NCBI GenBank assembly: GCA_964291675.2
Contig: OZ219866.1
Span: 2,208,001-2,272,000, forward strand
From: Alphaproteobacteria bacterium
GTDB lineage: Bacteria > Pseudomonadota > Alphaproteobacteria > MPNO01
Length of the DNA: 64,000 nucleotides
Reading direction: 5' to 3'
Shown here in pieces: positions 56,938 to 64,000 of this stretch (positions within the stretch are counted from its first letter, which is position 1; each line of letters begins with the position of its first letter). The notes below the pieces were generated by a model that was not told the origin of the DNA, made no database searches, and saw only the letters and a program-made list of their open reading frames with translations. The translations under genes and the position numbers were made by a program.

Positions 56938-57645
56938 TCACAGGCCGAGATAGGCCTCGCGGACGCGGTCGTCCCGCAGCAGCTCCTCGCCCCGCCCGCT
57001 CAGCACGATGCGGCCGTTCTCCAGCACATAGGCGCGCGAGGCCATTTTGAGCGACACGGCGACATTCTGTTCGACCAGGATGATCGGCGTGCCCTCCGCA
57101 TTGAGCCGTTCGACGATGCGAAACACCTCCTGGACGATCGCCGGCGCGAGGCCGAGCGACGGTTCGTCGAACATGATCAGCTCCGGCCGGCCGAGCAGGC
57201 AGCGGCCGATCGCCAGCATCTGCTGCTCGCCGCCGGACAGCGTTCCCGCCGGCTGTTCGGCGCGTTCGCGGAGGATCGGAAACATGGCGAAGACCCGCTG
57301 CATGGTCTCCGCGCTGTCCCGCCTGCCGCGTTCGAGATAGGCGCCGACCTCGAGGTTCTCGCGCACCGTAAGCCCGGCGAAGATCTGACGTCCCTCGGCG
57401 ACCTGTCCGATACCGAGATTGCAGACCCGGTGGCTCGGCCAGCCGGCGATGTCGACGCCCTTGTAGACGATCCGGCCCGAGCGCGGTTTCTGTATGCCTG
57501 CGATCGTGCGGATCAGGGAGCTCTTGCCGGCGCCGTTCGATCCTACCACCGCGACGATATCGCCGGCGTCGACCTCGAGCGATACGTCGTCGAGCGCCTG
57601 GGCGTCGCCGTAGAACAGGTTCAGGGCGCTGACGCTCAGGATCAC
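56938..57645 (-). CDS. Branched-chain amino acid-type ABC ATP-binding protein (LivF-like)
   Basis: GSNGAGKS, LSGGEQQMLA, DEPSLGLAP, VEQN. Confidence 0.92.
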   Translation of the reverse strand: MILSVSALNLFYGDAQALDDVSLEVDAGDIVAVVGSNGAGKSSLIRTIAGIQKPRSGRIVYKGVDIAGWPSHRVCNLGIGQVAEGRQIFAGLTVRENLEVGAYLERGRRDSAETMQRVFAMFPILRERAEQPAGTLSGGEQQMLAIGRCLLGRPELIMFDEPSLGLAPAIVQEVFRIVERLNAEGTPIILVEQNVAVSLKMASRAYVLENGRIVLSGRGEELLRDDRVREAYLGL

Positions 57646-58367
57646 AGCTCCTGATCCCCCAGGTAGCATTCCAGCACCGCCGGATCGCGGACGATGCGCT
57701 CCGGCGCGCCTTCGCTGATCTTCTCGCCGTGATGCAGGACGGTGATGCGCTCGGACAGCGCCATGACGGCCCGCATGACGTGCTCGATCAGCAGGATCGT
57801 GAGCCCCGTCTCGTCGCGCAGCCGGCGCAGGGTGGCGACCATCCGGTCGGTCTCGGACGGCCGCAGCCCGGCCATCACCTCGTCGAGCAGCAACAGGCGC
57901 GGCCCGGTGGCGAGCGCCCGGGCGACTTCGAGGCGCTTGCGGTCGGGCAGGGTGAGGTTGGCGGCGTGCTGGCCGGCTCGGGTGTCGAGCTCCAGCAGCT
58001 CCAGAAACCCCCGCGCCGAGGCTTTCGCCTCCGCCACGCTGCGCGCGCCGTGCAGCGCCGCCACGGTCACGTTCTCCAGCACCGTCATCTGGGCGAACGG
58101 CTTGACGAGCTGGAAGGTGCGGCCGATCCCGGCATCGCAGATCTGGTCCGGACGCCGGCCGGTGATATCGGCGTCGCCCAGCCGGACGCTGCCGCGGTCC
58201 GGCCGGAACACGCCGGCGATCACGTTGAACAGGGTCGTCTTGCCGGCGCCGTTGGGGCCGATCAGCGCGGCGATCCCGCGCTCGGCCACGTCGAAGGTCA
58301 CGTCGTTCAGCGCCAGCAGCCCGCGAAAGCTTTTGCTGACGCCGTCTACGCGGAGCAGCGCGGCCAT
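57642..58367 (-). CDS. Branched-chain amino acid-type ABC ATP-binding protein (LivG-like)
   Basis: GPNGAGKT, GIGRTFQ, LDEVMAGL, IEH. Confidence 0.92.
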   Translation of the reverse strand: MAALLRVDGVSKSFRGLLALNDVTFDVAERGIAALIGPNGAGKTTLFNVIAGVFRPDRGSVRLGDADITGRRPDQICDAGIGRTFQLVKPFAQMTVLENVTVAALHGARSVAEAKASARGFLELLELDTRAGQHAANLTLPDRKRLEVARALATGPRLLLLDEVMAGLRPSETDRMVATLRRLRDETGLTILLIEHVMRAVMALSERITVLHHGEKISEGAPERIVRDPAVLECYLGDQEL

Positions 58368-58372
58368 CGCCG

Positions 58373-59419
58373 TCAGCCCTCCGCCCCGGGGCGGGTGAGG
58401 CGCAGCCGGTCGCACACCCAGGGCCACAGCCCGGTCGGCTTGAACAGCACGATCAGCACCACGATGAAGCTCCAGACCAGCAATTTCAGCCCGTCGAGCC
58501 TGGTCTCGGGATCGATCACCCGCCAGTGCTTCAACAGGTCGATCGCCTCGGTGACGAGCTCGCCCAGCGGCGTCAGGATGAAAGTGCCGAAAATCGGGCC
58601 GAACAGGGTGCCGACGCCGCCGACGATGGAACCGAGCGTGACCTCGATCGAGCGCTCGATGTTGAAGACGATCTCCGGGAACAGGCTGTTCTGGTAGAAG
58701 GCGTAGAAGACGCCGGCGACGCCGGCCATCCCGGACGAGATCGCCACGGCGTACATCTTGTAGCGCAGCAGGTTGATTCCGAGCGCCTCGGCGGCTTCCG
58801 GATCGTCGCGGATCGCCTGCCAGTAGTAGCCGAGCCGGCTGCGCAGCAGATAACGGCACAGCACCAGCGCGCCAAGGGCGAGCGCCATGATCAGATAGTA
58901 ATACATCTCCGGCGCGCCCCGCAGGTTCGCCAGGTCGACGCCGTACCGGTCCGCCGCCGAGACCTTGAGGAAGAAACCCTCGGTGGCCCCGAGCCACGGC
59001 ACGTGATCGACCACGATGCGCACGAATTCGGCGAACGCGATGGTGAGCAGGGCGAAGTAGACGCCCCCGATGGCGAAGCGGAAGCCGAGATATCCGACCA
59101 GCAATCCGATCGACACCGAGAGGGCCACGGCCGGAACCACGCCGATCGCCGGCGGCAGCCCGATGGCGGAGAACAGATAGGCCGAGGTGTAGGCCCCGAC
59201 GCCGACGAACAAAGCGTGGCCGATGGACAACAGCCCCGCGAAGCCGAGCATCAGGTTCCAGGACTGTCCGACCAGCGCCAGGTAGAAGACCGTCGTGGCG
59301 ACGGTCATGACGTAGGAGCTTCCCCAGAAAGGCAGCAGCAGCATCGCGACCAGGAACGCCGCGCCCAGCCAGCGCCCGGAAGCCGACAGCGGGCTCAGGA
59401 AGCGGTCGATCGACTTCAT
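58373..59419 (-). CDS. LivM-like ABC permease
   Basis: WNL..GFAGLLSIGH, YFALLTIAFAE, AIRDD..AA, GGVGTLFGP. Confidence 0.9.
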   Translation of the reverse strand: MKSIDRFLSPLSASGRWLGAAFLVAMLLLPFWGSSYVMTVATTVFYLALVGQSWNLMLGFAGLLSIGHALFVGVGAYTSAYLFSAIGLPPAIGVVPAVALSVSIGLLVGYLGFRFAIGGVYFALLTIAFAEFVRIVVDHVPWLGATEGFFLKVSAADRYGVDLANLRGAPEMYYYLIMALALGALVLCRYLLRSRLGYYWQAIRDDPEAAEALGINLLRYKMYAVAISSGMAGVAGVFYAFYQNSLFPEIVFNIERSIEVTLGSIVGGVGTLFGPIFGTFILTPLGELVTEAIDLLKHWRVIDPETRLDGLKLLVWSFIVVLIVLFKPTGLWPWVCDRLRLTRPGAEG

Positions 59420-60288
59420 CGAACCGCCTTGCCCAGCAGGCCCTGCGGCCTGAGCAGCAGGACCAGGATCAGCAGGGCAAAGCTGAAGGCGGTCTTCATC
59501 GATGGCTGGAACAGGACGGCCGCCAGCGCCTCGGAAACGCCGATCAGGATGCCGCCGACGAGCGCGCCGAACAGGCTGCCCAGCCCGCCGACGATGACGA
59601 TGACGAAAGCGAGCAGGGTATAGCCCGGCGCGAGATAGGGATGCACCTCGAACAGCAGCAGGATGATCGCGCCGGCGGCGCCGAGGCAGGCCGAGCCGAT
59701 GCCGAAGGTGAGCGCGTAGAGCCGGCCCACGTTGAGGCCGACGACCTGCGCTCCCATGCGGTTGTCGGCGCAGGCGCGGATCGCCTTGCCGGTCGCCGTG
59801 TACTTGAAGAAGGCGAGCAGCAGGGCGGCGACGACGATCGCCGCGACCGCCGCGAACATCTTCGGATAGTCGACGATCAGCTCGGCGAAGGCGAACGAGT
59901 CCCACGCGTAGCCGACCTGAACGCCCTGGGCGTCCGGCCCGAAGACCAGCAGCAGCGCGCTGACGATCATGATCGCGATGGCGGCCAGCAGCAGGAACTG
60001 CATGTGTTCCGGCAGGTGGGACACCCGGCTGACCACGACGAGCTGCAGCACATAGCCGAAGCCGAACATCAACGCCGCCGCCAGCGGGACCGACAGCAGC
60101 GGGTCGAGCCCCAGCCAGCGGAACATCAGCAGCGCGAAGAACATGCCCACGACCATGATCTCGCCATGGGCGAAGTTGACGATGCGGATGACGCCGAAGA
60201 TGACCGAGAGGCCGAGAGCGCTCAGCCCGTATACCAGCCCGATCAACAGCCCGCTGACCGTGGCGTTGGCCAATGTCCAGGGATCCAA
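59416..60288 (-). CDS. LivH-like ABC permease
   Basis: YGL.ALGL..IFG, NFAHGE, GKAIRA, GGLGS..GA, RPQGL.G. Confidence 0.9.
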   Translation of the reverse strand: MDPWTLANATVSGLLIGLVYGLSALGLSVIFGVIRIVNFAHGEIMVVGMFFALLMFRWLGLDPLLSVPLAAALMFGFGYVLQLVVVSRVSHLPEHMQFLLLAAIAIMIVSALLLVFGPDAQGVQVGYAWDSFAFAELIVDYPKMFAAVAAIVVAALLLAFFKYTATGKAIRACADNRMGAQVVGLNVGRLYALTFGIGSACLGAAGAIILLLFEVHPYLAPGYTLLAFVIVIVGGLGSLFGALVGGILIGVSEALAAVLFQPSMKTAFSFALLILVLLLRPQGLLGKAVR

Positions 60289-60366
60289 GCCTGACTCCCC
60301 GTCAGTGCCCGGGTGCCGGCGGCCGGGCGCGGCCTGCCACCCGGCGCCGGCGATGGCGGCCGGCGG

Positions 60367-61596
60367 CTAGCGGTCGCGCCAGGGCCGCATCGGCCAGATC
60401 GGCTCGGCGACCGCCGCGAATTTGGGCAGAACGACCAGCTGCTTGCCGTCGCGGTTCTGCACCGCGCCGCACGGCACGTAGGGCACCTGGCCCTTCTCGT
60501 TGAACTTGATGCCCTTGCCGATGGTCGTGTTGTTGCTGATGTTGGTCGTCCGCAGCGCCGCCTGCAGGTCGGTGTTCCTGGTCGATCCGGCGCGCTTGAA
60601 GGCGTCGGCGACGATCAGCACCGCATCGAAGGTGTAGCCCTGGTTCGCCGTTATGCTGCGACCGGGGAATTTCTTCTCGTAGGCGTCGCGCATCTTGCGC
60701 GCCATCTCCTTCTTGTAGTCGACCCACGGCACCAGGCTGATCACGTCGTCGCCGTACTTGCCGGTCGCCTGAAGATAGGGGTCCTCGTACCAGCCCGGAC
60801 CGGTCGACAGGATGCCCATCAGCTCGACGCGCTGGCGCACCAGCTCCTTGGTGATGGCGATGGCGTCGTTGAGCCGGCTGACCGCCCAGAGCGCCTCCGG
60901 CCTGGCGGCCTTGACCTTGCGCACCTCGGCGGAGAAATCGCGCCCGTAGGGATCGTAGGGGATCTTCTCGACGATCTTGTAGGGCATCTTGAACTTGGGC
61001 GCGAGCGCCATCAGCGCGCCGGACAGGCTGGTGCCGAAGGTGTCGTTGACGTGCAGCAGCGCCACGCTCTTCGGCGTCGCGCCGCTCTCGGCGAACAGCG
61101 TCTTCTGGTTCTTGAACGCATCGCCCACGATCATCGGGCCGGTCGGGAAGTTGCGGAACACCCACTTGTAGCCGAGCTCGGTCAGCTTGGTGACGGCCGC
61201 GATGTTGACCACGAGGGGAATGTTCTTCTGCTCGCAGACCTGCGCCGCGGCCATGGTCTGACCCGAGTCGAAAGCGCCGACGATGATGTGCGCGCCGGCG
61301 TCGATCAGCTTCTCGGCCTGCGCGCGGGCGACATCGACCTTGGTCTCGGTATCGCCCAGTATGTACTCCATCTCCGGGTAGCCCATCGCGCCGAGCACTT
61401 CCGGGGCGACATCCGCGCCGCGCTGGCAGTCGATGCCGACCTGCGCCTGCGGACCCGACCGGGGGAGCAGGATGCCCACCTTGATCTTGCTGGCCGCCAG
61501 GCCGTGGCGCAGCGGGACGGAAGCGGCCAGCGCGCTCGCGCCCACCCCGGCCAGCAATGTGCGGCGGCTCACCGCCGACGTCATACGGGAATTCAT
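60367..61596 (-). CDS. Liv-type ABC substrate-binding protein with Tat signal
   Basis: SRRTLL Tat motif; IKVG.L.P.SG, GAFDS, LT..GYKW.FR. Confidence 0.88.
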   Translation of the reverse strand: MNSRMTSAVSRRTLLAGVGASALAASVPLRHGLAASKIKVGILLPRSGPQAQVGIDCQRGADVAPEVLGAMGYPEMEYILGDTETKVDVARAQAEKLIDAGAHIIVGAFDSGQTMAAAQVCEQKNIPLVVNIAAVTKLTELGYKWVFRNFPTGPMIVGDAFKNQKTLFAESGATPKSVALLHVNDTFGTSLSGALMALAPKFKMPYKIVEKIPYDPYGRDFSAEVRKVKAARPEALWAVSRLNDAIAITKELVRQRVELMGILSTGPGWYEDPYLQATGKYGDDVISLVPWVDYKKEMARKMRDAYEKKFPGRSITANQGYTFDAVLIVADAFKRAGSTRNTDLQAALRTTNISNNTTIGKGIKFNEKGQVPYVPCGAVQNRDGKQLVVLPKFAAVAEPIWPMRPWRDR

Positions 61597-61679
61597 GGCT
61601 TCCTCGCTTATCTGCGGCAATGTTCGCGAAAGTGTATCGGCTCGCCCGGGAGGGGTCCACAGAATGCCCCGGCCGAAGG

Positions 61680-62828
61680 TCAGAGCGTCGAGGCGGACCC
61701 GAGCACGGCGGTCACCTGGCTCGACAGCAGCCCGCCATTGCCGTTGCAGAGCGCGATCTCCGCGCCCTCGACCTGCCGGTCGCCGGCCATGCCGCGCAGC
61801 TGCTCGACGGCTTCGATGAGGAGGAACATGCCGTACATGCCGGGATGGACGCAGCTCAGCCCGCCGCCGTTGGTGTTGACCGGCAAGGCGCCGCCCGGCG
61901 CGATCCGCCCGCCCTCCACGAAGGCGCCGCCCTCGCCCTTGGCGCAGAACCCGAGATCCTCCAGAAACAGGATCGTGTTGATGGTGAAGGCGTCGTAGAG
62001 CTCGACCACGTCGACATCGGCGAGCCCGATGCCCGCCATGGCGAGCGCGCGGGGCGCCGACCGGGCCACCGCGGTCACCGTGAGGTCGGGCATGCAGGCG
62101 ATCTGGCTGTGGGTGGCCGACGTTCCGATGCCGAGGAGATACGCAGCGGGAAGCGGGAAGTCCTGCGCGCGGTCCGCCCTGACCATGACCATGGCCGCGC
62201 CGGCATCGGTGACCAGGCAGCAATCCCTGACAGTGAACGGATCGACGACCATGCGCGAACCCAGCACCTCGTCCAGCGTCAGCGGATCGCGCATGAAGGC
62301 GGCCGGGTTCAGGCCCGCCCAGCGCCGCGCGGCCACCGCCACCTCGGCGAGCTGTTCGCGGGTCGTGCCGTATTCGTGCATGTGGCGGGAGGCGGCGAGC
62401 GCATAGGCGTTGATCGGCTGGCGCGGCCTGTAGACCGTCTCGTAGGGCACCGGGCCCGGCCCCCGGCCGCCGCGCCCGGCGCTGCGGGCGTTGCTGCCAT
62501 AGGCGATCAGCGCGACCTCGCAGAGCCCCGCGTCCAGGGCGAGCGCCGCAGATTGCAGGAAGTTGACGTAGGACGAGCCGCCGATATTGGTGCCGTCGAT
62601 GACCGTCGGGTTCAGCCCGAGATACTCCGCCATCGCGAGCCCGATCAGCGAGTCGGCGAAGTCGGCGCCGAACACCCCGTCGACGCGCTCCCTGGCGATC
62701 CCGGCGTCGGCAAGCGCATGGTGGACGGCCTCGGCCATGATCTCCATCCCGGAGCGGCCCGGCAGCTCGCCGAACTCGGTCAGCCCGATGCCGACGATCG
62801 CCGCCGCCCCCCGCAGGCCGCTGGTCAT
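61680..62828 (-). CDS. Thiolase-like protein (SCP2/Ltp2 type)
   Basis: AAIVGIG.T, IGGSS, DCC.VTD, ELYDAFT, NTNGGGLS..HPG, VEQLRG. Confidence 0.88.
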   Translation of the reverse strand: MTSGLRGAAAIVGIGLTEFGELPGRSGMEIMAEAVHHALADAGIARERVDGVFGADFADSLIGLAMAEYLGLNPTVIDGTNIGGSSYVNFLQSAALALDAGLCEVALIAYGSNARSAGRGGRGPGPVPYETVYRPRQPINAYALAASRHMHEYGTTREQLAEVAVAARRWAGLNPAAFMRDPLTLDEVLGSRMVVDPFTVRDCCLVTDAGAAMVMVRADRAQDFPLPAAYLLGIGTSATHSQIACMPDLTVTAVARSAPRALAMAGIGLADVDVVELYDAFTINTILFLEDLGFCAKGEGGAFVEGGRIAPGGALPVNTNGGGLSCVHPGMYGMFLLIEAVEQLRGMAGDRQVEGAEIALCNGNGGLLSSQVTAVLGSASTL

Positions 62829-63235
62829 CGGCCGCCTCCGCTCGCGGGCGCCGCCGCGGGGCGGAACAGGACCACCCGGTTGCCCTCGATCTCGCCCACG
62901 AAGGCGGTCACCGCATCGCCGATCCGGACCTCTTCCGGGTCGATGTCGACCACCCGCGTCATCATGCGCGGCCCCTCCGCGAGGTCGACCAGCGCGATGT
63001 TGTAGTCCTCGCCATGCCCCGGCCGGACGCGGACGACCGACGTGGCGTAGACCGTTCCCTCGCCGGACGCGGGGACGGCGTCCAGCTCCGCCGAGCCGCA
63101 ATCCGGGCAGAGCGCGCGCGGGTAGTGGACGTGGACGCCGCAGCTTGCGCAGCGCTGGATCCTGAACTCGCCCTCGGCCAGCCCGGCCTCGAAGGCCGCA
63201 TCGGGCCCCGTCCCCTGGAACCTTGTGTCCGCCAT
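62825..63235 (-). CDS. DUF35 Zn-ribbon/OB-fold protein (thiolase partner)
   Basis: QRCASCG...YPR..CPDCG, SG.GTVY, Y.IALVDLAEGPRMM. Confidence 0.88.
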   Translation of the reverse strand: MADTRFQGTGPDAAFEAGLAEGEFRIQRCASCGVHVHYPRALCPDCGSAELDAVPASGEGTVYATSVVRVRPGHGEDYNIALVDLAEGPRMMTRVVDIDPEEVRIGDAVTAFVGEIEGNRVVLFRPAAAPASGGGR

Positions 63236-63327
63236 CCGGTCCGCCCCGTTTCTCCGTCCCTGACGGCGCGGTTTTCGACTGCCGGCGCGCGCGCGTCAAC
63301 GCCGCCCCGCCGGACAGCCGCTCCGGA

Positions 63328-64000
63328 TCACCTCATCAGCCCGGGGAGGAACAGGGAAATCTCCGGGAAGGCGACCAGCAGGGCGACGACGACGACCTCG
63401 CAGGCGAGGAACCAGGCCACGCCGCGGAAAATTGTGCCCAGCGGCACCTCGTCGCCGACCACGCTCTTGACGATATAGACGTTGAACCCGACCGGCGGGG
63501 TCATCAGCCCGATCTCCAGATATTTTATGACCAGCACGCCGAGCCAGACCAGGTCGAGGTTGAGCGCCTCGAACATCGGCAGCAGCAGCGGCAGCGTCAG
63601 CAGCATCAGCCCGAGCGGCTCGAGGAACATGCCGAGGACGACGTAGATCAGCGAGGTCGCCAGCACCAGCAGCAGCGGATCGAGCGCCCAGTCGCCGATC
63701 ATCTCGCCGATGAAGAAGGGAACGCCGCTGAGCGCGAGGAAGCGGGTGAGCAGCACGGCCCCGATGGCGATGAAGAAGATCTTCGCCGTGCCGAGGAGCG
63801 CCTCCATGACGCTGGTCCTGAACAGCTCCCAGCTCATGCGGCCCTGGGCCGCGGCGATGACCAAGGACAGGAACGCGCCGAACGCGCCCGCCTCGGTCGG
63901 CGTCACCAGCCCGGTATAGATGCCGCCGACGATGCCGAGGATCAGCACCAGGATCGGCCACACGTCGCCGAGCGCGGCGATCTTGCGCCCGAGCGGAATC
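63328..64000 (-). CDS. dctM: TRAP transporter large permease (5' end beyond window)
   Basis: TPTEAGAFG, GMFLE, EIGLMTPPVGFNVY. Confidence 0.88.
   Translation of the reverse strand, partial: IPLGRKIAALGDVWPILVLILGIVGGIYTGLVTPTEAGAFGAFLSLVIAAAQGRMSWELFRTSVMEALLGTAKIFFIAIGAVLLTRFLALSGVPFFIGEMIGDWALDPLLLVLATSLIYVVLGMFLEPLGLMLLTLPLLLPMFEALNLDLVWLGVLVIKYLEIGLMTPPVGFNVYIVKSVVGDEVPLGTIFRGVAWFLACEVVVVALLVAFPEISLFLPGLMR

Noticed and set aside
1-64000. tRNA, rRNA, riboswitch, prophage or anti-phage defence genes
   Set aside because: None recognised by eye; a tRNAscan/Rfam/DefenseFinder run would be needed to exclude them formally.

Overview
GC-rich (~70%) bacterial chromosome segment, most likely alphaproteobacterial (inferred from gene families and intergenic palindromic repeats). 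It is densely packed with catabolic enzymes and solute importers: two paralogous Rieske oxygenase alpha/beta + TRAP modules, a third Rieske oxygenase, an HpaB-like monooxygenase/extradiol dioxygenase cluster, a DMFase-like protein, hydantoinase B/RutB-like genes with a BMP-type ABC importer, a Pot-type ABC importer with creatinase, a type III glutamine synthetase-like gene, a Liv-type ABC importer with acyl-CoA ligase and thiolase-like/DUF35 genes, and a TTT transporter. There are two insertion sequences. The most notable feature is an IS110-family recombinase element (~3705-5472). Its ends can be reconstructed from the sequence, it appears to have inserted into a repeated intergenic motif, and its 348-bp upstream non-coding end folds into nested long-range stems carrying short matches to both target and donor junctions, as expected for a bridge RNA. 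An IS1634 element has inserted exactly into the overlapping stop codons of two convergent genes. I saw no rRNA, tRNA or CRISPR array. All assignments come from reading motifs by eye; no database search was run.
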